Source: a virus (taxonomy: Duplodnaviria; Heunggongvirae; Uroviricota; Caudoviricetes). From it: a stretch of 58,940 nucleotides of DNA. Both the position numbers and the translations under genes were made by a program. The DNA lies in IMG/VR virus record IMGVR_UViG_3300050821_002544. The stretch is one strand, 5' to 3'. The notes under the pieces are model-generated. The model had not been told where the DNA came from. It ran no database searches and saw nothing but the letters and a program-made list of their open reading frames with translations. Below are positions 18,658 through 29,454 of the stretch, one piece after another (position 1 is the stretch's first letter; each line of letters starts with the position of its first letter).

Positions 18658-21045
18658 TTAACCAACATTCGCCATGGCATGTGCGCCATAGAAAGTTATA
18701 CCACCATCAACAGTTATAAAAGTTAGAATATCTAGCTTATTTGCAATTCCAGAAGAAAGTACAGGAACTTCACCATTTGACCATTTAACAGTATTTGCAT
18801 ATGTTACCACATTACCGGTAGTAGAAGGTTGTCTTAGAATAACTGTAATTGATTGTGCCACACCCGGAGATGGAGCATTTGCAAACGTCAATGCATATGA
18901 TCCTACTTCTAATGTCAAATCGAAAATATTAGAATTGAATAGATTTAATGCAAACGGTCCTGTTATAGTAAACGGCGCGCTAGTTTCTCTATATCCCTGT
19001 AATTGTGGAGTAAGAATTGCATTTCCATTATATGTGGTATTGCCTGTTATTACTCCACCAGAACGTTGTAATGATCCTGTTGCTAACGCAGATACATTTG
19101 CACCATTACTTAATATGAATGCGGATGCATTTACCAATCCATAGAATTGGTGTGGCGCACTATCCATTGGATTACCATACGCCATGATAGTAAGATTAGA
19201 CGTATTTGCCGCTCTATAAAACCAGAATACGGGATTATCAATTAATTGATTATCTGATCTTGCTTGAAAAGTCCACGAACCATCAGCACCAATATATGAA
19301 GTCCATAAACTACTATTGGGTGGATTATTGGCTGGTTGTTGAATTATTTGAGCATATTGACCATTAATCTGAACAGTATTTGATACAACATAACCAGGAA
19401 CATTAAGAATAGGAGTTCCAGATTGAGCAGTATATGTCATATTTGGATATTGTAGACCATTCAATATCCATTCGTGTAGAATTATAGATTGTCCATTAGA
19501 ACTAAAACCATAAGCCAAATTAAATGGTTCTGCAAGATTATCAGAAGTTGATAGCCAATGAGAGTTAGCACCATCCTTACCAAAATAGCTTCTTGCATTA
19601 CGGTTAATCATTCCGCCAAGACTTGTAGATGTACTTTGAGTAAAGAAACTTTGTGTAGTAGTCTGTCCTGTTACGACCAAATTACCATTAATAATACCAC
19701 CAGAAGTATTTAAACCACCGGTTGCAGCAGTCAATGCAATATTAGCTTGAGCATAGGCAGAATTGGCTTGTGTATAGGCAGCATTAGCCTGACCATATAC
19801 AGGACCATTGACAAAATTATTTAATTGACTTAAAGCATTTGCAGTAGGAGCATTTGTAATATTACCGACACCAAATACACTATCGATTAAATTAGCAGTC
19901 GTAAGTAACGGTCTGAAAGTAGTCTTATCATTTGCCGTAGTCTGCCATGTACCAGAGTTCTGAGAGAATCTTAATACTGCGTTTCCATTAGTAGTACCTT
20001 GTTGAGCAACCAGCTTTGCATCACCGGAAGTAGCAAGATTAGTACGTAATACTAGCGTATCGGTACCGAATACAACATTTCCAACAAGAGTCTGAGTACC
20101 ATTAATTTGAATATTTTGAAATATTGCATTTCCATTAGCAATCTGAAAAGTATGAGTAGGATCAAGATAAAGTAAATCAATTTCAGCAGAATTTAGAAGT
20201 TTTAATGTTCCTATGGTTGCTGTATTAATATTTGCCACATTAATATTTGCAGTCTGACCAACAGAAATATTACCTACTATATTCATAGTAGAGGCAATAT
20301 TAGAAAGTATAGAATTACTAGTCACATTCAATGTCTGGAGAATTGCATTTCCATTGACAATCTGAAATGTCTTTGTAGGATCAAGATTTAATGTATTGAT
20401 TTGTGCATTGGCAATAACATTTAGAACCGTAATATTTGATGCAACGATATTAGCATTAGCAATATTAGCAAAAGTAGATATCTGAACATTTCCTACAACA
20501 TTTAATAATGCAGTAGCATTTGAATGAAGAACATTACCTTTAATTTCCATATTACCAGCATTAGATGCCAGAATATTATTAGCAACATTGATGCATGCAT
20601 TACCAGAAATTGTTGCTGCAAATGCAAATGCTGGTCCACCAGCAAAAGAATTGCCTGCCAGATTTGCTCCTGAAATATGTAAACCACCATTAGAGAATAG
20701 TTTATTATTAGCAATTACTACTGGACCAGTTACTACATTGGCAAATCCAATCTGACTATTGACACCAATAGCTGCTACATTATCGAAGAAAGTAGCAAGT
20801 CCAGTAGTAATACTGGTGTTCATCGTAGTCAATGCAGAAAAAATAGCATTATCTGTTACAGCAAGACCAGTACCAATTGTGCTAGTAATGAACAAGGCAC
20901 CATTGGCAAGCGTGAAATTCCCACCATCCTTATAATAGTTACCATTGCGCAATTCATTGACACTATTGGCAAGATTGTTAATACAGATTCTTTGGTCATT
21001 GAATGTATTGGCTAATTGGATTAAATTAATATTTGCGTTTGCCAT
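18658..21045 (-). CDS. Tail fibre protein (795 aa)
   Basis: LANTFNDQRICINNL N-terminus, ANI-rich beta-helix-like region, QANxAY heptads, C-terminal LTFANAP...ITVILRQ...VKWSNGEVP.L...DILTFITVDGG domain. Confidence 0.8.
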   Translation of the reverse strand: MANANINLIQLANTFNDQRICINNLANSVNELRNGNYYKDGGNFTLANGALFITSTIGTGLAVTDNAIFSALTTMNTSITTGLATFFDNVAAIGVNSQIGFANVVTGPVVIANNKLFSNGGLHISGANLAGNSFAGGPAFAFAATISGNACINVANNILASNAGNMEIKGNVLHSNATALLNVVGNVQISTFANIANANIVASNITVLNVIANAQINTLNLDPTKTFQIVNGNAILQTLNVTSNSILSNIASTMNIVGNISVGQTANINVANINTATIGTLKLLNSAEIDLLYLDPTHTFQIANGNAIFQNIQINGTQTLVGNVVFGTDTLVLRTNLATSGDAKLVAQQGTTNGNAVLRFSQNSGTWQTTANDKTTFRPLLTTANLIDSVFGVGNITNAPTANALSQLNNFVNGPVYGQANAAYTQANSAYAQANIALTAATGGLNTSGGIINGNLVVTGQTTTQSFFTQSTSTSLGGMINRNARSYFGKDGANSHWLSTSDNLAEPFNLAYGFSSNGQSIILHEWILNGLQYPNMTYTAQSGTPILNVPGYVVSNTVQINGQYAQIIQQPANNPPNSSLWTSYIGADGSWTFQARSDNQLIDNPVFWFYRAANTSNLTIMAYGNPMDSAPHQFYGLVNASAFILSNGANVSALATGSLQRSGGVITGNTTYNGNAILTPQLQGYRETSAPFTITGPFALNLFNSNIFDLTLEVGSYALTFANAPSPGVAQSITVILRQPSTTGNVVTYANTVKWSNGEVPVLSSGIANKLDILTFITVDGGITFYGAHAMANVG

Positions 21046-21263
21046 TAGGTACTCTTATTCAATAGGGCTGAAAGCATCATCTTTATTTCATTCATGTCAT
21101 TCTTTAGGTTATTTATTTCAGCATCACGTGCCTGTTCTTTCTGCAAGTCTTTAATACGTTTCTCATGCTGTCTCACGACAACTAAATCAGTCTCAAGGAT
21201 TGCCTGAGATTCCATATCCCTAATGAGAGATTTGTGATCTATAATTTTAGCATAGGTACGCAT
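21045..21263 (-). CDS. Small conserved T4-like protein with a C-terminal coiled coil, typically following DUF4815/VrlC genes
   Basis: SLIRDMESQAILETD...EINNLKNDMNEIKMMLSALL; TAATG coupling to the next gene. Confidence 0.7.
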   Translation of the reverse strand: MRTYAKIIDHKSLIRDMESQAILETDLVVVRQHEKRIKDLQKEQARDAEINNLKNDMNEIKMMLSALLNKST

Positions 21264-21268
21264 AGAAA

Positions 21269-23971
21269 TTAACCGGCAGGAACGGAAATTGCCTGCATAC
21301 TTTGTACTTCTGGTGGTACAGTAGGATCATTTGCAGTTAATACAATCTTAATAGCAAAATTTGCAAACTTTCCACCCAAAGGATATTGTATACCATTATA
21401 TGTATAGTTGACGCTTCCGATAGGACCGATAGCATTAGTTCCTGTATTAAACGTCAAACTAATAGGAGTCTTTTGATCTGGTGAAAATATATCTACTGCC
21501 TTGGACATAATTCTCCATGGAACAGAAGTAAATGGTTGTGTATCTTGTCTGCTCAATACTTTATAATAGACATTGACATCGGTACCTTGTGGGCGAACCG
21601 CAGATAGATATACTACCAAATCTCCTGCATCAAACCCATCTGCAAGAGTAATTTGACGCGTCACATAACGTGCAAGTCCATTTCCTCCTGCAATACCATC
21701 CTCACCATTGAATATAGCAGTTGCATTAGTTGCCACACCCGGTTCTGCAATAGTAATAGTAGGAGATACAATATATCCCGAACCCATCTTATCGATTGTC
21801 AAGGCAACTAGATTACTACCAGATAGACCATTTGCTGCAACATAAGCATTTGCCTGGATTCCGTTATCTCCAGTAGGAGCAGAGATAGTAACCTTAATAT
21901 TAGCAGCATTACTATGAACACCAGGAGAAGTAATCGTAATACAATTATTAGTCAAACCACCATTATTGACAATATTGGTTACAGAAACAAAATTTAATGC
22001 CTCAGAATGGAACATAGGTGTAATATCAGGATCACTAGAATCCATAATAATTTGAATTTGTGCAGAATTAGCAACGCCAGCCTGAATGACGCGACGACGA
22101 TTACTATCAGCAGAAGAATTTACAAGATCACTGCCAAAGAAGAATGGTGCATCAGGAACTACACTCAAGTAATTTACATCAGCAATACCAGTATTTGCAA
22201 TAATACCTTTAATACCATATGTAATATTAGCAACAGGAAATGTAAAATCAGAACTATGAAGAATTGCAATATCAGTAAACGTATTCTGTGCTGGCGGTGC
22301 AAGATCAAACACTAGACTGACTGCTTGATTAGAGAATTGTGCTTTATTTACTACAAACATTAATTGTTGATTAGGAATTGGATTCCATGTAGAAGAGTTT
22401 TGTGATTTGTATAATTTACCAATGAATGGAGAAGAAGAAGCAAGACGATTACTATTAACAATAGTCTGACCAATTTCTGCAATCCATACTTCATAATCTG
22501 GCGATTCAGAATAAACAACAATACCATATTCAGTTCCTGGTGCAATGTATACAGGATCAGGAAATGAGAATTTAGTTAGAGTAGCATTATTTGCAGGATT
22601 AGGAAATGTAGAAAAACCGTCTGTAATAGCCACATCATCCCATCTTGTAGTTGCTACTGCAAGAGGTTGTGTTGTAGGAAAACCATTTACAGTCGATACA
22701 AGATATACAGAAACAGGAAATTGTGTAGAACTTCCGGATGGTTTATTTTGGAAGAATAAATCAATAGAAGTCACAAAAATACCATTATCTGTCTTATTCG
22801 TATTTGGTTTAGGAGTAAAGAATGTCTGAACCAGCGGATCAGCAGATGCTGCTGGATTATTAGAATTATCTGAATTATTAGTAATATCCGATGATGTAGG
22901 ACTTGCAGATACAGTCGTTGTTCCTGCTGCCGCTGATGCTTGTGGAGTCACATTAACAGTAGGAGTACCAGAACTACTCAATTTACCGGATGCCAAAAAT
23001 GTTGCAGTTCCAAGCATTGTCGCAGTAGTATCATTATATGTCTGACCATTATTGATGGTAAACAAACGTGCGCCAGTCTGAAAATTGAAACTATTCAATT
23101 CCGGAATCTGGAATATGCCTGCGCAGATACCGATATCATCTACTACAACATTTCCTATGCCATACATGCTATTACCGATAACACCTTGTACAGTACCATT
23201 CAAATTAAGAATGTTGTTTGAAGATATGCTATTGATTTTGATAATCTGACCAATACCACCACCATTAGTGATATAGATGTTACTATTGACTACAGCAGGC
23301 GTCACATTACCGGATACTTGAATAGTAGAACCATTTCCTGTAACCACACCAACTACACCAGATTGATGTAAATAACCATTTGCAGTAAATATTTTACCTA
23401 TGTTTGAAACAGATTGTACAGATGCACCGACAGGAAATTTATTTCCTTGTACAATACCGGTAATATTAGCAAGATTTGTAGCACCGACCTTTATAAGAAC
23501 AGAACCCACATTGACTGTACCACCTTGTACGAACAATGCCAATACTCCATCAGAAGGATTCCAATATACTACAGTTCCTATACAGATATTAGCAAGTACA
23601 TTTGCCTGGTTGTTAGCAGTTAAATATACAAGATCATTGACATTATAGTTACCTTGTGTAAATGTATTTGAATTAACAGGACCATATGGAGATACATTTA
23701 CACAAGTAAAATTTTCACTTAGATATAATAGATGATTTTGTGAATGTTCAATAATTCTAGCATAGGCATGAGAAGTATGACAATAAATCGCTTCATCAGA
23801 TACAAAGGTATTTGCTAAGAAACCAGCATTAGTAGATAACACAGATGCTGGCTGAATGAAATTATTGATATTAATATCATCAAACCAAAAATTACATTGA
23901 GAATAAGGTTTAAGATCATGTGCCTTAAATTCAACAGGAATTTGACGAATATATGGAATTAAAGTTGTCAT
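21269..23971 (-). CDS. Baseplate/fibre-network protein, C-terminal half of a VrlC/DUF4815-like protein
   Basis: PYIRQ..EFKAHDLKP, DPLVQTFF, GIFVTSIDLFF, LYKSQNSSTW, ARYVTRQITL..GFDAGDL.VYL.AVRP. Confidence 0.8.
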   Translation of the reverse strand: MTTLIPYIRQIPVEFKAHDLKPYSQCNFWFDDININNFIQPASVLSTNAGFLANTFVSDEAIYCHTSHAYARIIEHSQNHLLYLSENFTCVNVSPYGPVNSNTFTQGNYNVNDLVYLTANNQANVLANICIGTVVYWNPSDGVLALFVQGGTVNVGSVLIKVGATNLANITGIVQGNKFPVGASVQSVSNIGKIFTANGYLHQSGVVGVVTGNGSTIQVSGNVTPAVVNSNIYITNGGGIGQIIKINSISSNNILNLNGTVQGVIGNSMYGIGNVVVDDIGICAGIFQIPELNSFNFQTGARLFTINNGQTYNDTTATMLGTATFLASGKLSSSGTPTVNVTPQASAAAGTTTVSASPTSSDITNNSDNSNNPAASADPLVQTFFTPKPNTNKTDNGIFVTSIDLFFQNKPSGSSTQFPVSVYLVSTVNGFPTTQPLAVATTRWDDVAITDGFSTFPNPANNATLTKFSFPDPVYIAPGTEYGIVVYSESPDYEVWIAEIGQTIVNSNRLASSSPFIGKLYKSQNSSTWNPIPNQQLMFVVNKAQFSNQAVSLVFDLAPPAQNTFTDIAILHSSDFTFPVANITYGIKGIIANTGIADVNYLSVVPDAPFFFGSDLVNSSADSNRRRVIQAGVANSAQIQIIMDSSDPDITPMFHSEALNFVSVTNIVNNGGLTNNCITITSPGVHSNAANIKVTISAPTGDNGIQANAYVAANGLSGSNLVALTIDKMGSGYIVSPTITIAEPGVATNATAIFNGEDGIAGGNGLARYVTRQITLADGFDAGDLVVYLSAVRPQGTDVNVYYKVLSRQDTQPFTSVPWRIMSKAVDIFSPDQKTPISLTFNTGTNAIGPIGSVNYTYNGIQYPLGGKFANFAIKIVLTANDPTVPPEVQSMQAISVPAG

Positions 23972-23983
23972 TTAGAATTTATC

Positions 23984-26900
23984 CTAATAATAATATAGAT
24001 GAGAACCGATGTAGCCATAACCATAATAACCCGCATATGATACTGTATTTGCAACAGTCTTTGTGGTTACAAGTTGTATACTACCGCCTGCCTTTAAGGT
24101 TGGTGTTACTGTTGTTGTGGTTGTAGTCTTAATGATTTCACCACCATACCAATCATCAATCAAGTTCAAATAGCCAAATCCAATATAATTTATAGGTATA
24201 TTGACTACAGTGTATGGTACACCAATTCTACTTATACCATCTGCCCAATAGTAACCATAGTAATAATCACGGAATCCCACATATGTATATGTACTTACGA
24301 CAGTAGTCGTAGGCTTTGGTAATACAACAGGAGCAGGAGTAGAAACAGTTGTTTTTGGTGGAGGAACAGGTACTACTGGTGGTTTTTGTGGTGCCACTAC
24401 AGGTGCAGGAACAGGCTTAGGAGCTACTGCCATAGGAATGATATTAGAACTAAAGAAACTATCTGTCTGTGGATTAAGAGTAATACTACCCTTGAACTGA
24501 CCAAACAAATATGGTTGTACAGATATAAAGGTACTTGCCACATTCTGTGTCAATGCGGGAGTTTCTGTGAATGATAGAGAATATACTTTATCATTCTGTG
24601 TATAGTTACCACCAGAAGAAGATGCAAATACAGGTGTAAATGCCTGCTGACTCTTGAAAGGTGTCATAGAATTATTTGCAAGAAAACAGAATAGATCAAA
24701 ACTCTGATTATCGGCAACAGAGAAATCTCCAAAACTATCAGCAATAATACCATATGATGGTTTCTGTGTCACACCATCAGAATATAAAATAGGAGAAGTA
24801 TTGCTTTCTAGTTGACTCAAAGAAGAATAATATTCTAACTGTTGAATACGAGTATCAAGAGTACCAATATCTTGCATAGTATAACGCTTATTCTGTACAT
24901 ACTGTAGACCAATTTCAGCAGTATTAGGCGTATAAGCAGGAGTATTGATGATGTATAATGTCATTGCATCAGAAACATCATTAGGAGTGACAGGATTTGC
25001 CGCAGGAACACCTTGAATAATCTTGAATGCTTTATCTTTTGTCAATACAATCTTATCAGTTCTAGGTAGATAGAACTGATAGCTCAATGTCATTGGATTA
25101 TCTGGAAATGGTGTATCTAAACCAGTTAGATTAAATGTTTTGACATTAGCAGTAGTTCCTATAGTACGTGTTGGTCTAAAATCAATAGAATCACGTAGAT
25201 AGATACTACCAAAATTAGGCGAGTTATATATTGGAATCAAACCCTGTGCATAGGCATTTGAAGAATAAGAATCAGCATCAAAGAAACCAGCAACAGAATC
25301 GTGCTGATAATATTGAAGCATACACATTACTTGACCAGTAGGAGGATTTACACCTGGTTTTAGGATCAATGCGGCATGGTCATAATAATTATCTCTCTGA
25401 CCGGAATTTAGATAGTAGTTTGTGGTGATATCAATAGAATTCGTCACATTAGGTTGAAAACTAGGATTACCAGAATCAAATATCTTAATGACATTGAATA
25501 CATCGGGCAATGCCATATATTGCTGAGCATTTGGTTGTGTTGCAATCGTAGAATGTTGAGGGAACCATACATAGCCATTTGCCGCATCGATGTATATAGA
25601 ATTGGCTACGGACGTTCCTATGACTGCCGTACCATTTAGATAGCTATCTGTGGTCCGTAGAGATGTATTAGACGTATTTCCTACTAATGTTTTTGTTCTA
25701 CGTGCTACAGCAGATTGTGCCGCATTTGTTACCTGTACAGTAAATAATACATCTCCAATGAATGTATTGTTTGTACCAATTACTACAGTTACAGAATTCT
25801 GGCTAGTCTGAAATATACCATTTCCGCCAGGAATAGTACTTCTATTGAAGTTTATAATCTGACCATTTGATAGGTTAGAAGACATTGCATTGCGCACCAC
25901 AACAATGAAATTATTATTGGCAGTTATATCAGGAAGAAATGCATTTGTAAAACCATATGTGAAGCTTTCACCAGTTCCTAAACCAGAACCAGAAGAAATT
26001 GTCAAATTTCCAGAAGAAAATGTCTGACTCCATAGATTCTTTCTATGAGAGAAAGAGGCATTGACAATAGTACCTTGTGCAATAAAATTTTGTGGCAATG
26101 GATATAATAGGCTATTAAACTGTGTATCGGTTAATACTGTATTTCCAGTAGGAAGTTTACCAGAAGGAGAAATATCCATACATGCATAGATTGCATTTCC
26201 TACGCTCTGTGTTGCATAGACATTTACAGCAAATACTGTAGGTGTAACAACGAGAGATTCTGCATCTTTAATACCATAATTCAATGTAATATTAGAAGTA
26301 GAATTTGCATTAATAGAGAGATTCAGATTAAGGTTAGCTACCTTAGTTCCGGCATTATATGTGGTGATAATACGTTGATCTATAATACCGGCAGTATTGA
26401 CTGTTACTAATACATTTGCATATGCATTTGCCACACCAGTTGCATTAGCAGGAAGAGTAATAGAATTCTGAGTGCCAGCAGATGCAATGAAATTCAAAGG
26501 AATAAGATTCACATCGGTCACGTATACATAATAATTTCCTAGACCAAGAAATTCGATATCACGCACTCTTGCAGTACCAATTACCGTGTTACTATATGTG
26601 GCATTATTAGTACTATTAATGACACCAGATGCAACCATATGAATATCAACAGATTGAAATTGGGTAATATCAAATATACCGGTTGCATTTCCACCATTGA
26701 TATTATTAATAGTTAAAATATTACCAAAATCAAGGGACATACCATATGCAGTAATAGTATTAGTTGCTAACGCCTTATCATTTACTAGCTTCTGAGTACC
26801 GATGGTTTCAAACTCAAAACCTTTGACATATGCCTTACCAGGTTCAATTACTAATTGATACTTTGTATTATCTGTTGGATAATCGGCAGTAGTAATAGAG

Positions 26901-27802
26901 AATGCCTTTACGGTAAAATCACCAGATGTATCATATGTTCTCATTGCAAGAGATTTATCAAGATCGGCAAATACAGGATAATCTACTTGTTGAGTAATTA
27001 AACCGTTCTCTACACGGATCAATTCATAGAATGCAGAATCATCTATAGAAGTTAAAGTACGTTTTGCAAGTGCAAGAGTATATTGATAACGCGTTGCACC
27101 GGGTGCCTGGTAGTTAAAACTACCCTGCGCAGGATCAAGCAATGAAGAATCTGTTACCTCATCAACAATAGCTTCTTGAATTTGTAATCCAATACGATAT
27201 GTTGGTGTGGTTGTAATAGAATCTAATACGATAGTCTGACCTGGAACATCAACGAAAAAACCACCAGAATAAAATACACCATCGTTAATAGAAGCAACAG
27301 ATGCGCCAGTAGAGGCATTGGATGTAACCAATTGTGCTTGAGTTTGGATACCAGTAGCTACTTGAATTACGTCGCCAGGATTAAATTCATTACCTGTTAG
27401 ATACTTAACTAAAATTGTAGGATTGGTCTGTGTATCATCTATTGCAACAACAACTGCCTTTACAATAACAGCACCAGAGGCATTGACAATAAGTGTAGAA
27501 TTTCCATTGACAAGGAAATTCGTAAGATCAATATCTACATTCGCATATTGCTGTTGTAGTTGAATTGCAACTACAGTGGTATCGATAGAAGCATGACCTC
27601 CAGAAACAGGCGAACCATTTTGAAATACAAAACCACCCAAAGAACTAATCTGATTTTGAAGTATGCTCTGTAGAGCAGTCAATTCTCTAGCCTGTACTGC
27701 ATATCCAGGTCGAAAAAGAATACGCATATAATTATTATCGATTGCACCACCTGGAGAGGCAGAATCATCATAATAAGGACTAATGTCAAAATCTAATGCC
27801 AT
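23984..27802 (-). CDS. VrlC/DUF4815-like virion structural protein, N-terminal half
   Basis: SPYYDD...RILFRPGYAVQARELT.LQSILQNQI, APGA.RY, PGKAYVKGFE, SIDFRP, YLPRTDK, KRYTMQDIG.LD.RI..LEYYSSLS.LE. Confidence 0.85.
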   Translation of the reverse strand: MALDFDISPYYDDSASPGGAIDNNYMRILFRPGYAVQARELTALQSILQNQISSLGGFVFQNGSPVSGGHASIDTTVVAIQLQQQYANVDIDLTNFLVNGNSTLIVNASGAVIVKAVVVAIDDTQTNPTILVKYLTGNEFNPGDVIQVATGIQTQAQLVTSNASTGASVASINDGVFYSGGFFVDVPGQTIVLDSITTTPTYRIGLQIQEAIVDEVTDSSLLDPAQGSFNYQAPGATRYQYTLALAKRTLTSIDDSAFYELIRVENGLITQQVDYPVFADLDKSLAMRTYDTSGDFTVKAFSITTADYPTDNTKYQLVIEPGKAYVKGFEFETIGTQKLVNDKALATNTITAYGMSLDFGNILTINNINGGNATGIFDITQFQSVDIHMVASGVINSTNNATYSNTVIGTARVRDIEFLGLGNYYVYVTDVNLIPLNFIASAGTQNSITLPANATGVANAYANVLVTVNTAGIIDQRIITTYNAGTKVANLNLNLSINANSTSNITLNYGIKDAESLVVTPTVFAVNVYATQSVGNAIYACMDISPSGKLPTGNTVLTDTQFNSLLYPLPQNFIAQGTIVNASFSHRKNLWSQTFSSGNLTISSGSGLGTGESFTYGFTNAFLPDITANNNFIVVVRNAMSSNLSNGQIINFNRSTIPGGNGIFQTSQNSVTVVIGTNNTFIGDVLFTVQVTNAAQSAVARRTKTLVGNTSNTSLRTTDSYLNGTAVIGTSVANSIYIDAANGYVWFPQHSTIATQPNAQQYMALPDVFNVIKIFDSGNPSFQPNVTNSIDITTNYYLNSGQRDNYYDHAALILKPGVNPPTGQVMCMLQYYQHDSVAGFFDADSYSSNAYAQGLIPIYNSPNFGSIYLRDSIDFRPTRTIGTTANVKTFNLTGLDTPFPDNPMTLSYQFYLPRTDKIVLTKDKAFKIIQGVPAANPVTPNDVSDAMTLYIINTPAYTPNTAEIGLQYVQNKRYTMQDIGTLDTRIQQLEYYSSLSQLESNTSPILYSDGVTQKPSYGIIADSFGDFSVADNQSFDLFCFLANNSMTPFKSQQAFTPVFASSSGGNYTQNDKVYSLSFTETPALTQNVASTFISVQPYLFGQFKGSITLNPQTDSFFSSNIIPMAVAPKPVPAPVVAPQKPPVVPVPPPKTTVSTPAPVVLPKPTTTVVSTYTYVGFRDYYYGYYWADGISRIGVPYTVVNIPINYIGFGYLNLIDDWYGGEIIKTTTTTTVTPTLKAGGSIQLVTTKTVANTVSYAGYYGYGYIGSHLYYY

Positions 27803-27814
27803 GGGTAAAATACC

Positions 27815-29431
27815 TTAAAATTGAAAGATTAACTTAATATTTTCTGATTGACCGGGTGATCTTTTGACTGCCGCACGATTTTCCATAAAGAGAAGTTCGC
27901 CACCAAAAAGATCAATAGCCGGTGTATTCAAACTAAATGCGGTCACGGCAGTATATGGTGAAACATTAGGATTTTTAGTGCCGTACAATTGAGAAAAACC
28001 TGAAAATATTCCGTTTGTGTTATTTATATGCAAAGTATTGGTCGCAACGTCAAAGTAAACAACAGTAGCAGTAAAGGTTGCATTTGCATATATTCCTGTA
28101 TTACTTTGATATACTGTGTCATTCATAGAAAATGCAGTATTTGCAGGAATCGCAATTGTATACGTTAAATCATAATTTATAGAATTGGCAACTGCACCGC
28201 TAGCAGCGATAGTAGGAGAATCTATTATAGAAATCTGTCTATATGTAAAGAAATTACCAAATGCATCTATTGTAGGTATTGTACCTTCTTCTGTATCATT
28301 TAGATTTAATGAAAACATTACACTAGATGCACCAAGGTCCATGGCTGCATTCGCACCCCAACCACCGGGAGGTCCAATGGTTGCCACTATAACCGCATTA
28401 GCGCCGTTTGCGCCTGTATTGGCAGTGATAGCTGCGGTTGTGTAACCGGACCCCCCATTGAGCACGTTAACGCCGTATATGGTACCATTTGCATCAACTT
28501 GAGCCGTTAGGTTTGCTCCTACTCCATCACCTATTACATTAAGAATAGGAGCAGAGAATGATGCGGCACTATTATTATAATTCCGTCCACCATTGAGTAC
28601 TCTAATAATATCAAGTCTACCATCTACTGCCGCTAATTCTGCATTGATATCTGTAGAAACAGGCATCCATTCAGATGTAAAAAATGCCTGTTTAGCACCA
28701 CCAGAGATAGTATAGAGATATTTCCATTTATAACCATCGGCAGCAATGATATATGGATTAGAAGGTAATTGACCACCTAGAGATATTTTTGGCATATCAG
28801 TAGAAGATGAACCGAAATTATTATCAAGACAGATAAACACTTGGTCGTATGAATTTCTTACATAGAAGTCTTTTGCATAATAAGGTGCAAAGTCTTCTAA
28901 TAGTTGTGGAGTATTTGCAGTAAAACTACCAACAAAAGCAGAATTAACTATTAATGAAGTATTATTGATTACATTAATAATCTCACGAGTTTGTGGTGTA
29001 ATAACAATATTATCGCCAGGCAAAACCATTAGATCGTTATTGGCATAATCCAATAAAAACGTAGTTCCATTTCCTGTAATTATTGTAGAATTACTTACGC
29101 TGACAGTACCATTTGCATTGGTTATTTGCATAGTAGAATACATTTCTATAGATTCAGAAAATGCATCATAGTTCGTATTAGCAACCCAATCGACACGTCT
29201 TACTACAAGACTGCCATTAGAAATATAAAGTTTCTTAATAGCAACTAACTGACGACGTAGTTGGTTCTCATAGTCTATTGATTGTAGTGGTGTTTCAATA
29301 TTAAGATCGGAATTTGCCCATGTGAAATTTCTACCTATACCAATGTAACCATTAGCAGTAAGATCATTAAGCTGATCCGCTGCTAGTGTTACTCGTTCTC
29401 TGATAGTTAGATTATTGACTGAAACTGACAT
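27815..29431 (-). CDS. gp8: Baseplate wedge subunit gp8
   Basis: YIGIGR, VVRRVDW, FYVRNSYDQVFICLDNN, DGYKWKYLYTI, WMPV, ENRAAVKRS..QSENIKLIFQF. Confidence 0.88.
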   Translation of the reverse strand: MSVSVNNLTIRERVTLAADQLNDLTANGYIGIGRNFTWANSDLNIETPLQSIDYENQLRRQLVAIKKLYISNGSLVVRRVDWVANTNYDAFSESIEMYSTMQITNANGTVSVSNSTIITGNGTTFLLDYANNDLMVLPGDNIVITPQTREIINVINNTSLIVNSAFVGSFTANTPQLLEDFAPYYAKDFYVRNSYDQVFICLDNNFGSSSTDMPKISLGGQLPSNPYIIAADGYKWKYLYTISGGAKQAFFTSEWMPVSTDINAELAAVDGRLDIIRVLNGGRNYNNSAASFSAPILNVIGDGVGANLTAQVDANGTIYGVNVLNGGSGYTTAAITANTGANGANAVIVATIGPPGGWGANAAMDLGASSVMFSLNLNDTEEGTIPTIDAFGNFFTYRQISIIDSPTIAASGAVANSINYDLTYTIAIPANTAFSMNDTVYQSNTGIYANATFTATVVYFDVATNTLHINNTNGIFSGFSQLYGTKNPNVSPYTAVTAFSLNTPAIDLFGGELLFMENRAAVKRSPGQSENIKLIFQF

Positions 29432-29454
29432 GATTACTCCATATGACTCATTAT

